A stretch of DNA of 64,000 bases from a virus (taxonomy: Duplodnaviria > Heunggongvirae > Uroviricota > Caudoviricetes): positions 23,342-87,341 of the IMG/VR virus record IMGVR_UViG_2529293038_000017. One strand, given 5' to 3'. Each line of letters begins with the position of its first letter. Position 1 is the stretch's first letter. The notes beneath the pieces are model-generated. The model had not been told where the DNA came from. It made no database searches and saw nothing but the letters and a program-made list of their open reading frames with translations. Shown piece by piece: positions 8,604-18,122 of the stretch. The translations under genes and the position numbers were made by a program.

Positions 8604-10033
8604 TCCTCCTCATACGAAATATTAAAGGTGGAGTTTTCTGTATCCAGATAAACGAAATCGTAAAAGCCGTTGGACTCATTCCACTCGACAAATTCCAGAT
8701 AAAAGTCGCGGAAATAACCCAGCGTTTCGATAAATGCCCAAACGTCTTTTTTCTTGATTAGGATGTACTTGCCGACACGGTTCGGATCAAAGAAAGTTGA
8801 GTCACGCCCAAATTTTGTTTCCAGTGCCGACTTCAGCTCATCAGTCACGTTCTCAATGGTCAGGCTTGCCGATATCCGCCCAGTGATAGTGATCTTAAAG
8901 GGGAGTTTTCTGACCTCTTTATACGAGAATTTCTTGTTCAACTCATTCGGCACCTTCTTAAAGGCAGCCAGGATCACTTCTTCAAGCTCTGACTGGCTTT
9001 TGTTTGGATGCCATCCTGAAATAAATATCTTATTGATATTCCGAACATTATAAGCACCATCTAATTTCTCTTGCTGGCCTTCGCCCCATGCCTTTACCCA
9101 GGACAGTCCCGGGATGTTACGCACCAAAAAATACGTATAGTCCCCGCCCCATACGACCTGATCATCATAGGCAAGGTAATATTGTGCACGATTACGTGTG
9201 ATCTCCGTTGTTTCGGCATCGGTACCTGCGGTTATGGGTGTCGTTGTCTTAACTGAAATCAAATTAGCTAAATTAGCCGCAGAATCGACAGGCGTCAGGT
9301 TTTGGCCAGCAACCAGGGTTATATCTCCGTTGGTGCACCATACCTTAAGTGTAATGGTCGAGCCTTCTGGCGGTATTTGCCCAATTAGCCCATCACCGAA
9401 TCGAACCCCCAACTGCTCGGATGGCTTATAAAACTCAACGTAGACCTGGCTTTTACTACCGGCTAACCGGAACATAGTGCTGGAAGACCACTGCGTGGTC
9501 TTACCATCGGTCGTCACGAATACTTCCAGCTTATAGCAGACAGCAGTGAGAGCCTTTGATAACACGACTTCCAGAAATTCTTTGGCTGCCGTAACGGTAT
9601 ATGTCACCTCCTGGATTTCCAACTGTGCCACTTCTACCGTACCGGTGCCGTCAACCAACCTGCATACATCCATAGTCATGTAAGGGTACTGGTCGTCAGA
9701 TATTAAAGGCATATTTTTGGGGATTACCGCTGGGGCATCTTCACTTGTGGCGGTGATCTCAATCATCCCCGATGACGGTGTTGGCTTGGTACCAACGTAA
9801 CTATTCGTTTCTGCCGCTGCCAGGATAGAGGAACGCCGCGTCGCGGTCGATATAAAGCCTTCAGCCAGCGCCGCATCGGCATACTGAAAGCACCTGTAGA
9901 CAATCTGGGTAATAAACAATGTCAGCATCGAGACAAATTGAGAGCCGACAAACTTCGACCAGAATGAATCTTTCTCGACAAGCTCTTCAAACTCTGCACG
10001 AATACTGTCTTTAGTCGGTGTTGTTTTACTCAT
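8600..10033 (-). CDS. baseplate wedge protein (J/gp6-like, 477 aa)
   Basis: Size and position between gp25-like gene and fibre genes; overlapping start/stop. Confidence 0.45.
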   Translation of the reverse strand: MSKTTPTKDSIRAEFEELVEKDSFWSKFVGSQFVSMLTLFITQIVYRCFQYADAALAEGFISTATRRSSILAAAETNSYVGTKPTPSSGMIEITATSEDAPAVIPKNMPLISDDQYPYMTMDVCRLVDGTGTVEVAQLEIQEVTYTVTAAKEFLEVVLSKALTAVCYKLEVFVTTDGKTTQWSSSTMFRLAGSKSQVYVEFYKPSEQLGVRFGDGLIGQIPPEGSTITLKVWCTNGDITLVAGQNLTPVDSAANLANLISVKTTTPITAGTDAETTEITRNRAQYYLAYDDQVVWGGDYTYFLVRNIPGLSWVKAWGEGQQEKLDGAYNVRNINKIFISGWHPNKSQSELEEVILAAFKKVPNELNKKFSYKEVRKLPFKITITGRISASLTIENVTDELKSALETKFGRDSTFFDPNRVGKYILIKKKDVWAFIETLGYFRDFYLEFVEWNESNGFYDFVYLDTENSTFNISYEEE

Positions 10034-10389
10034 AGCACCACGTCCTGTGTGATAGTTATATCCCTGATACGAATGGATATTTTCAACTTATCAAAAGCAT
10101 CTCCCTCGGCTACTGACAAGCCAGAAATCGGTATGTCAGGTAAATCTACCGTCAGTTTTTGCAACAGCATTGCCTCAACCGCAATTTGAACATGCGACAA
10201 GTTGGTCGGTTCGTGTTTAAACTGCGGTAAAACATTGCCCCATGACGGATCTCCGTATACCTCACCCTGATAAGTGTTTAGCCACTCATATAAACGAGCG
10301 CCCCAGGCCTCCTCCTGGGACTCATACGTTTTTACGCCGGATAACTCCAGCGTCAGCAAAGGATCAATTTCGTTATTGTTGGCCATCAA
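10030..10389 (-). CDS. small baseplate protein (GPW/gp25-like, 119 aa)
   Basis: Size and position directly downstream of sit; overlapping stop/start. Confidence 0.4.
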   Translation of the reverse strand: MMANNNEIDPLLTLELSGVKTYESQEEAWGARLYEWLNTYQGEVYGDPSWGNVLPQFKHEPTNLSHVQIAVEAMLLQKLTVDLPDIPISGLSVAEGDAFDKLKISIRIRDITITQDVVL

Positions 10390-13376
10390 TCAACTCTCGC
10401 GTAGTCATTCATCAACGGATCATCAATTGACAGTGGTACCGTGCGCATAACGCCCGGCTGAGGCGTGCTGACCTTTACGACAGTTCCCTGGCCTTTCGCC
10501 GAGTCTTTGGTGTGCTCTTCAATCCTGGCAAGCAATGAGGTCATCTGCGCAAACAGCCGCTTCGTTTCACCATCAAGTGAAACGGTATTATCAGCCAACT
10601 GCATTGTCGGCTTGGCACCGGAACCGCCAAGGTCACTAATAACCTGCCCGTCTATCTGCATACGACCGGTTGGTTGCTGCAAATCGTTGGCGGCAGTCGT
10701 CACCTGGGACGTGGAGGCTGGTTCAGGCGCATTATTTTTCCGCATCCCCGGCGAGTTGCGGAGTTTATCGAATAGTCCATCAATCCCCATTTGTGCGCCG
10801 AGATGGTCAAAGTAACTTGAGTTGTTGGCCACCGGACGCGCCTCTTCAACTGGCATCGGAGTATCAACATACACATTGCCAGCTGCTGTTGCGGTCCCCT
10901 TCTCTCGTGCACGTTCTTCTAGCGTTCCCTGAACGACTTCCCGACGCATCCCCCGGCCATTCATGAATTTGTTGACCAGATCGTTAACGCCAACAGCATT
11001 GCCGATTTTGTCGACCAGACCGCCTTTCTCAAACGGGCTATCACCAGGGGTAAACGCCAGGCCAGTATACTGATCGATAACAGCGTTATCAGGCAGTGGT
11101 CCCCTCACTCCATATTGCGCCCCACCCTGTGCTCCTGCTCCAGGTGTATAGATTTCACCACCTAAATAGCGAGCACGATGAGTATTGACCTTGATCGCGT
11201 ACTCACGGTTTTCTTTCGATAAGTCACCGGTGCCTTTTTTCCACTTATTAATAGTGCCAAACCCAGCATTATATGCAGTGATGGCCTCGTTTAAGTCTCC
11301 ATTGGCTTGCTTAAGATACTTGCTCATGAGAAGAGCCGCAGCTTCTGCCGATTTCACAGGATCAAACGATTCACCTTCAGCTAAGCCAGTCTCTTCACGA
11401 GCAATCCCCGTGAACTGAAACATCCCCAGAGCACCGGTTTGGGATTTTGCATACGGATTACCACCAGATTCAGTTGCAGCAATCGCGTAAAGAGTGCCTT
11501 CTGGAAGACCGTATTTATTCTCTAGTTCGGCAAAATACGGAGCCAACTTATCGAGATTTGCCTTACCTTCAGCGCCAAGACTTCCGACTTTTACATCTAA
11601 GTTGCCATTGTTGTAAGTATCCGCAGCTTTCTGAATGTCATTCCTGGTGCCAGTGGTATTAAGCGACGATGATGACGAGCTATTTTGACCAATAGCTTTA
11701 TCAATTTTCTGCAACGCGCTATTGCCCGTTTCTACGGCATTTGCATTGATAATCTGATTGGCAGTTTGTTTAACTGTTTTATTGCTATCTTTCGCTGTGT
11801 CCAGTGCCGCATTTATCACGCGGGTAGCAATATTACTCTGTTTGGCATCGGATTCAGTTTTAGAATCAGACGTCTCCTGGTGGCTATTAACCGGAGCTTT
11901 TAACTCCGGAGTGATTTCTTTCGCATTAGCCTCGCCGATCGGATTGGGTATTTTTGATACAATCATTGCCGCAGGGGTATTTTTAACGGCATCAACCGCT
12001 GCATCTAATGCTTTACCAGGTAAATTTTTAACCCCATCCCAAATATTACCAGCCGCCTCTTTAATGTGTTTCCCTGGGTTCTTAATGAAATCAATTGCAC
12101 TATCAATTGCATCACTGAAAACCTGTTTCAGGTTATCAACAGTAAAGAAGTCTTTGATGGCATCCAGCTTTTCAAGCAGCTTATTAGATGTATCGCTAAA
12201 CCATGCTGAAACAGCATCACCAATCTTTGCTGTGTAATCTTCGAACTTGGTAGAAATGGTGTCGCCAAGGTTAGAAATATATGTTTCTAAGTTGGTAATC
12301 CCACTATCAATGGCCTGGGCAATACTTTCCGTCGAAAATGATTGCAACATATTGCCGATATCCTCAAATCCAAGTGATTTGAGAACCTCACCAATGGCGC
12401 TGCTAATACCAGATACCAGTCCCCCCATATCAAGAACATTGGCTAACGTATAAGCGGCTTTTTGCTGGAATGATGGCTCTTGTCCTGATTTAAGCCCAAA
12501 CGCTCGACGTTGCGCTTCTGTATCATTCCAACCGGTTACCGCATCATAAATACCTCCAGCCACTGTGCCGACTAAGGGAATTGCGCGTAACGCCCCTTTA
12601 CCAACTGCCTTTAATCCAAATTTACCTGCTGCCCGGGCAGCCAAATCTCCACCTTCATGGGCGATAGTCTTCTTGCCACCACCGCGTAGCATTCCTACAA
12701 GTTTCTTTGCCCCCAGAGCGCCAAAAGCGAGTGCTCCAGCTTTTTTCAGCATGCCACGCCCCATTAACAACGACGCGACGCCACCGGCCCCCTTCCCTAA
12801 CAGGCTAAATAGTTTGGACAGCAAGCCGCCCTTCTTTTTCCCGGTGTTTTTGGCTATCTGATCAAGGGCGCTGAGAATCTTGTCATTGCCCTCTTTAATT
12901 TCGCTGGTCTGCTCCTGAAGTTCCTGAACCGTCCGTTTTTGGGTGTTAACCTGAACGACATCGGCACTATTTTGCGATTTACGCCTAAAAAAACCTTTTC
13001 TACGGCTGTTATCGTCATTGCCACGAATCACATCGGCAATAGACTTTCTGGCGCCATTAAGCGATCCACCAACTTCTTTTGATATCCCGCCAAGCTCCTT
13101 CCCTGCTGCCCACAATGGACCAGCAACGGCATAACCTAACGCATCGACGGCACGAGTCTCTGAAGGGTTACCTATGCCTTCAGCTACTTTTGACAGTTTT
13201 TTTAATAAACCTGATTCAGCATTTAGACGCTCATCATCCTCTTTGCGCCTGGCCTTTTCAGCACGTTCAGCACGGGCATCTTCCGCTGCGGCCTTACTCC
13301 CTGACTTTCCAATAAAACGACCACGCGCATCGCGTTGGTTTTGGCTTTTTTGCGCACCGCCTTTTTGATCGAACAT
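10386..13376 (-). CDS. sit: Sit-like tape-measure/injection protein with lytic transglycosylase domain
   Basis: 996-aa ORF; SLT motifs (ATESGGNPYAKSQTGALGMFQF, AYNAGFG); Gly/Lys-rich N-region; no RBS before ATG 13376 and frame open upstream to the A6 run at 13445..13450. Confidence 0.8.
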   Translation of the reverse strand: MFDQKGGAQKSQNQRDARGRFIGKSGSKAAAEDARAERAEKARRKEDDERLNAESGLLKKLSKVAEGIGNPSETRAVDALGYAVAGPLWAAGKELGGISKEVGGSLNGARKSIADVIRGNDDNSRRKGFFRRKSQNSADVVQVNTQKRTVQELQEQTSEIKEGNDKILSALDQIAKNTGKKKGGLLSKLFSLLGKGAGGVASLLMGRGMLKKAGALAFGALGAKKLVGMLRGGGKKTIAHEGGDLAARAAGKFGLKAVGKGALRAIPLVGTVAGGIYDAVTGWNDTEAQRRAFGLKSGQEPSFQQKAAYTLANVLDMGGLVSGISSAIGEVLKSLGFEDIGNMLQSFSTESIAQAIDSGITNLETYISNLGDTISTKFEDYTAKIGDAVSAWFSDTSNKLLEKLDAIKDFFTVDNLKQVFSDAIDSAIDFIKNPGKHIKEAAGNIWDGVKNLPGKALDAAVDAVKNTPAAMIVSKIPNPIGEANAKEITPELKAPVNSHQETSDSKTESDAKQSNIATRVINAALDTAKDSNKTVKQTANQIINANAVETGNSALQKIDKAIGQNSSSSSSLNTTGTRNDIQKAADTYNNGNLDVKVGSLGAEGKANLDKLAPYFAELENKYGLPEGTLYAIAATESGGNPYAKSQTGALGMFQFTGIAREETGLAEGESFDPVKSAEAAALLMSKYLKQANGDLNEAITAYNAGFGTINKWKKGTGDLSKENREYAIKVNTHRARYLGGEIYTPGAGAQGGAQYGVRGPLPDNAVIDQYTGLAFTPGDSPFEKGGLVDKIGNAVGVNDLVNKFMNGRGMRREVVQGTLEERAREKGTATAAGNVYVDTPMPVEEARPVANNSSYFDHLGAQMGIDGLFDKLRNSPGMRKNNAPEPASTSQVTTAANDLQQPTGRMQIDGQVISDLGGSGAKPTMQLADNTVSLDGETKRLFAQMTSLLARIEEHTKDSAKGQGTVVKVSTPQPGVMRTVPLSIDDPLMNDYARVD

Positions 13377-13414
13377 TTCGCGAGCGTGTTCGGCTGCTTC
13401 GGTCCGTTGTGCCT

Positions 13415-14074
13415 TTATATCCTCTGATATAGCCTTCCTGCGTCTTTTTTACCCTTTGGTGTAGTTGATTTGGCCTGCTGTTCCTGTTGAGCAATGCCCT
13501 CCTGAACTACACGAGAAACGTCCCCTAAATTAAGCCGTTTCATTGCGTCAACAATAGGGTCTACTGATGGCGCATTGGCCACAAAGTCTGGCCGGGAATT
13601 TTCGATTGTTCGATTTAATGCCGACACACTGCGAGATACTGGGTCAACCGTTGCAACGCGTTCCCCTTTCAAATCACGAGCGAGTTTGACCGTTTCTAAC
13701 CGCTGTGCTTTAACATCCTCTGTTATTGCCTCTCTTCGTCTATTTGGGGGATTGTGCGCTGTTGGTGCAGCCTGCTGTTCACGGTTAGTGACTTTGTCCT
13801 CCCGTATACGAGAAACGTCCCCTAAATTAAGCCGTTTCATTGCGTCAACAATAGAGTCCACTGATGGCACATTGGTCACAAAGTCAGGACGTGAATTTTC
13901 GATTGTGCGATTTAATGCCGACACACTGCGAGAGACAGGATCAACAGTTGCAACTCGTTCCCCTTTCAAATCTTCAACAGCTTCCCGAATACCTGCAAGC
14001 TCTTCCAGCTCTTTCGCGCTGGCGGTTTCAACTGTCCTTATAACATCGTCAATATTGGCGTTTTTTCTTTCCAT
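13415..14074 (-). CDS. 219-codon frame in -1 register with sit; likely N-terminal segment of the Sit protein (frameshifted) or separate gene
   Basis: Ends 38 nt before sit ATG; contains two near-identical ~185-bp repeats (period ~297 bp); A6 run at the exact point where the sit frame opens. Confidence 0.55.
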   Translation of the reverse strand: MERKNANIDDVIRTVETASAKELEELAGIREAVEDLKGERVATVDPVSRSVSALNRTIENSRPDFVTNVPSVDSIVDAMKRLNLGDVSRIREDKVTNREQQAAPTAHNPPNRRREAITEDVKAQRLETVKLARDLKGERVATVDPVSRSVSALNRTIENSRPDFVANAPSVDPIVDAMKRLNLGDVSRVVQEGIAQQEQQAKSTTPKGKKDAGRLYQRI

Positions 14075-14155
14075 GATCTTATCGCCTACCGTTTCGGTTT
14101 AAGTTTTTCTTCCAGTTTCTCCAACAGGAAAAACGCATAGGATTCAGTAAGCCTT

Positions 14156-15037
14156 TCAGCGTCCTGAATCGGTATACCCCCATACAAAACCAGGTTGGAC
14201 ACTAAGGTCTGATAGCTTTTCAATCCCCACCTGTGGAATGAAGTCGGTAGCCCGAAAGGGCACCCACAGACGGGTATACGCACCCTCTGTGGACTCCTTT
14301 GTATCCTGGTTTGGGCATTTGTGCGGCGGGAGACGAAGACGCATTTCGCCTTTATCGATGTAGCACGGTAAACCATGTTCGAGCTTTTCATTAGCCAGCC
14401 GGATGTGTGCCGCCAGCTTCATAAATTCAGTATCAATGGCCATCCGTTTGATCGTTTCATAACGACGCTCAGCCTGCTCTTCACGAGTACCGCTAACATC
14501 GTTATAAAGTTCACACTGATAAGCGAATTCCCAAAAACGCAAATCAACGATCGCTTCTTTGAATTCCGCGTCGTCTTCAGGTGGCAATGCTGCTCGGCGC
14601 ATCTCCAGCATTTCCATTGCCCAACCATCAAGCGGCACGATACGCCATTGATAAGGCACGCCCTCTACAGACACCTCAATATCGTCAATGAACGGTTCCA
14701 CTTCCAGGACCTGGATATCTTCAGCCAGAGCATTCATATCGCAATCGTAATAATGCTCTTTACCGCAATGTTTACAGGTGTAGGTAAATGTCTCGATCGG
14801 TGTTTCGCGGGAGCCAGTAAATATCCACCATAACGCGGTAATCCGGTCCTGTGCCGTCCATTTCAGTGGATCATGTTTCGCAGCTTCAGCCAGCAAGGCT
14901 TTTAAATACGCTGTTGTCTGCTGTTCTTGTTCCTCCGGTGTTATCGAGTTGAAACGCATCGCATCAGCAATATTTGGCTGACGGAACTGGATTAATTCAG
15001 TTGGCCGCGATGGTAGCGGGAAAAGGGGTAAAAGCAT
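14156..15037 (-). CDS. Cys-rich protein of tail-gene operon (293 aa)
   Basis: Strong RBS AAGGAG; CKHCGKEH and other Cys/His clusters. Confidence 0.6.
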   Translation of the reverse strand: MLLPLFPLPSRPTELIQFRQPNIADAMRFNSITPEEQEQQTTAYLKALLAEAAKHDPLKWTAQDRITALWWIFTGSRETPIETFTYTCKHCGKEHYYDCDMNALAEDIQVLEVEPFIDDIEVSVEGVPYQWRIVPLDGWAMEMLEMRRAALPPEDDAEFKEAIVDLRFWEFAYQCELYNDVSGTREEQAERRYETIKRMAIDTEFMKLAAHIRLANEKLEHGLPCYIDKGEMRLRLPPHKCPNQDTKESTEGAYTRLWVPFRATDFIPQVGIEKLSDLSVQPGFVWGYTDSGR

Positions 15038-15051
15038 CCTTGCTCCTTAAT

Positions 15052-15663
15052 TTAAAGAGAAAAACTAAAGCCCAGAAGGGAAGCCAAAGAACTTGAGGAT
15101 TGGTTAAACGTGCTGTGCAATGCGAAGGTCATTGGGAATGACTTAAATTCCGTGACCTGATCCCGCGCATAGGTGACATCGCCGGTAGTAACCGGGAATA
15201 CCGTCATCTCATTTTCCAGTTTGGTTAAACCGGAAGACAGCAACCGATAAATACGCACATTGAGCAAATATTTAGACGGTATATTCCCAGTACCGTCCGG
15301 ATTGATCACCCGACTTTTTGCCGTCTTAAACCAGTCCAAAACGAGGCCATCAACGGTATCCCTGACCATCATTGTTATCTGCCCAGGCGAACGCTCCGTT
15401 GGTTGAAGGATATTCCCTCCGCCGATTTTAATCGTTTCATATTCGATGCTGTAATCGTGGTAGGTAATATCTTTGGCAAAGAAGTCTGCCCCCTCCAGTC
15501 CATCAACTTCGACAGAGAACTGCCATCCTTGCGCGAACAACATTTTGTTCATGATGATTGACGTCAGCTTACCAACTTCCCGCTCACCAACGCCGGAGCC
15601 AAATAATGTCGTCGTTAATGCCGAAGATACATAAGACTTTACTGAAGCAACATTAAGCCCCAT
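15052..15663 (-). CDS. tail tube-like structural protein (203 aa)
   Basis: RBS GAGGGAG 8 nt upstream; beta-rich composition, size typical of myovirus tube proteins. Confidence 0.4.
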   Translation of the reverse strand: MGLNVASVKSYVSSALTTTLFGSGVGEREVGKLTSIIMNKMLFAQGWQFSVEVDGLEGADFFAKDITYHDYSIEYETIKIGGGNILQPTERSPGQITMMVRDTVDGLVLDWFKTAKSRVINPDGTGNIPSKYLLNVRIYRLLSSGLTKLENEMTVFPVTTGDVTYARDQVTEFKSFPMTFALHSTFNQSSSSLASLLGFSFSL

Positions 15664-15673
15664 ATCAGCTCCC

Positions 15674-16264
<591 letters not shown>

Positions 16265-16298
16265 TTAACCGATTCTACGAGTAGTCATTTGTGACAGG

Positions 16299-16775
16299 TT
16301 ATTTTGCGCGCTTCAGGCAGCCATCTTCAGGTGCCGCGTTGAAAAGCTCTGCGGCCTTACGTAGCGTAAATGTTGCGATTTTTTTTCCGTCTACGTATGC
16401 ATCGAATGTTTTAACTTCCATATCAGGGGTATCTGACCAAAAACCATACCAGTAACTATCACCCACAGAGGAACCGATAGAACTGATAGGATATTCATCA
16501 TCACCAACTTTCAGCGTTATTTGTTCTTTTTTAGCATCAAATGACTCACCGCCAGGTTCTGTTTTCATGAGAGTGAGTAGTCGTGTTCCTACTTGATTGG
16601 GATCCGTATTATTAAATCCAACATCGCACTCAAATGTAAGCGTATAATTATCTTTGCTGGAAACAGCATAAGAGCGAACGCCATGAGTCTCGCTGGTGGA
16701 CCATTTGCTTACATTTGCCATTGATGAAAACGGAGTAAGCAAAGCAAGAATTAGAAAATATCGTTTGATGCGCAT
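16299..16775 (-). CDS. secreted protein with signal peptide (158 aa)
   Basis: N-terminus MRIKRYFLILALLTPFSSMA. Confidence 0.55.
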   Translation of the reverse strand: MRIKRYFLILALLTPFSSMANVSKWSTSETHGVRSYAVSSKDNYTLTFECDVGFNNTDPNQVGTRLLTLMKTEPGGESFDAKKEQITLKVGDDEYPISSIGSSVGDSYWYGFWSDTPDMEVKTFDAYVDGKKIATFTLRKAAELFNAAPEDGCLKRAK

Positions 16776-16826
16776 TAATTTATCTCCTTTGGATATTAAT
16801 ATTTTAATTAGTTAACCACCATATAT

Positions 16827-17474
16827 TCACCATTCATAGGGTAAATTAAGCGCTTTTAAACCTTGCTGGAAAGTATTAAGAGAGCCGTTTTTTTGTTGTT
16901 CCATTTTTTCGCGTGCAGCTTTCTCATACTGCTCCATCCGTTGGTTATACTCTTGCAATTCCTCCGGGGAGAGGTTTCCCATTGGGGAGTTTGTACCCGG
17001 CCCCCTGGCCCGTTCTTCAAGCGTACCCTGAACGTTTTGATGGCGCATTCCCGGGGCGTTTCTGATTGAATCAATGCCATTTCTTCCAACGTCTTCTTTA
17101 TTAACGGCATTGCTCGCCACCAGTACGCCCCAGCTAGGGATAGCAAAATCAGGAGCGGTTTCGCATGCCTTTACCATATAATCGAAAGAGCTTCGATTGA
17201 TCTCGTTTGCGTCGGGATTTAATAGGCGAGAATATTGATATTTAGCATTTTCGTTGGTTGCGACTTTATACAGTTCTTGCTGCACCATCGCTTCAGAAAG
17301 TTTAAGGCGTTTCATATCTGATAGTAACTTCTTGCGCATGGATTCGTCTTGACTGACAGCAAAACCGTAAACGTGCCCAAGGTATTTCGTATAATCGGTA
17401 CAAATCTCCTTTACGCTTGATGCTGCATTAACAGTCCCAGCCATAAATAATAACGGTAGTAATAGTTTTCTCAT
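16827..17474 (-). CDS. Sim-like secreted superinfection-exclusion candidate; carries a Sit-derived motif
   Basis: Start set to ATG 17474 (AGGTGAGG upstream) giving signal peptide MRKLLLPLLFMAGTVNA; segment NAPGMRHQNVQGTLEERAR matches Sit (GMRREVVQGTLEERAR, NSPGMRKNN) at protein and DNA level. Confidence 0.55.
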   Translation of the reverse strand: MRKLLLPLLFMAGTVNAASSVKEICTDYTKYLGHVYGFAVSQDESMRKKLLSDMKRLKLSEAMVQQELYKVATNENAKYQYSRLLNPDANEINRSSFDYMVKACETAPDFAIPSWGVLVASNAVNKEDVGRNGIDSIRNAPGMRHQNVQGTLEERARGPGTNSPMGNLSPEELQEYNQRMEQYEKAAREKMEQQKNGSLNTFQQGLKALNLPYEW

Positions 17475-17569
17475 TATAACCTCACCTGCCTTATAACTCA
17501 TTTAGGGTACATATTTTCGCCTTTAAAAAAAGAGGTTATTAGATCCAATTGTGTATTTATTAAGCATAT

Positions 17570-17586
17570 AATGCTCTAATAAATTT
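17570..17586 (+). promoter_or_regulatory. C1-repressor-type operator upstream of immI-like operon
   Basis: AATGCTCTAATAAATTT, 1 mismatch to recalled P1 operator consensus ATTGCTCTAATAAATTT. Confidence 0.65.
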
Positions 17587-17624
17587 GTATTTTTAAGTCG
17601 CGAATGCTATCTTTTCGCATCATA

Positions 17625-17653
17625 TTGACCTTTTAATCGTTCAGGCTTATAGT
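17625..17653 (+). promoter_or_regulatory. sigma70-like promoter (TTGACC-17-TATAGT)
   Basis: Hexamers with 17-bp spacer, upstream of c4-like/icd/ant region. Confidence 0.4.
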
Positions 17654-17749
17654 TCCGCCGTCGTAGCAAATTCTGCGACCGGGTTTAGCAGCCTGAATGA
17701 TTGTGCGGACAGCCGCAGATATCCGATATTGCGGTATTTTTGTGTCCGT

Positions 17750-17830
17750 AAAACCGCGTTACGCCCAAATTATGGTGGGGCGTGATGGGGAGGCTTCGGC
17801 CTGCTGGTTTCACAATCGCCAGTCTGCTAA
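17750..17830 (+). ncRNA. c4-like antisense RNA repressor region (approximate)
   Basis: Noncoding leader upstream of icd; CCTGCT and TCACAATC (17808..17825) complementary to AGCAGG and GATTGTGA (17875..17892) overlapping the icd RBS; GC hairpin AGGC-TTCG-GCCT. Confidence 0.4.
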
Positions 17831-17900
17831 CCCCGTCACGTCCTGCCACCTGTTTAGCAGCGGGTAGCAGGTTGTTAAACCTGATTGTGAGGCCGTAACT

Positions 17901-18122
17901 ATGGTTAATGCCAATCCTTGCGCACGCCAAGAATTCATCTGGCGTTTCTATTCCTGTAAAAAACACCACTATCACTTCGTTATCGCAGCAACTGAAGACG
18001 AAGCACGCTCTCAATTGCCTGATGGCCCCTGCATTTTTACTGCCCGTTTTTCAACTAACTCGCGCAATTCACTTAGTTACTGGAACCTCCCCTTCTCTGC
18101 CGACGTTCAGGGGGTTTTATGA
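17901..18122 (+). CDS. icd: Icd-like small protein (73 aa)
   Basis: ORF ends with ATGA overlap onto ant start; position downstream of c4-like leader. Confidence 0.55.
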   Translation: MVNANPCARQEFIWRFYSCKKHHYHFVIAATEDEARSQLPDGPCIFTARFSTNSRNSLSYWNLPFSADVQGVL

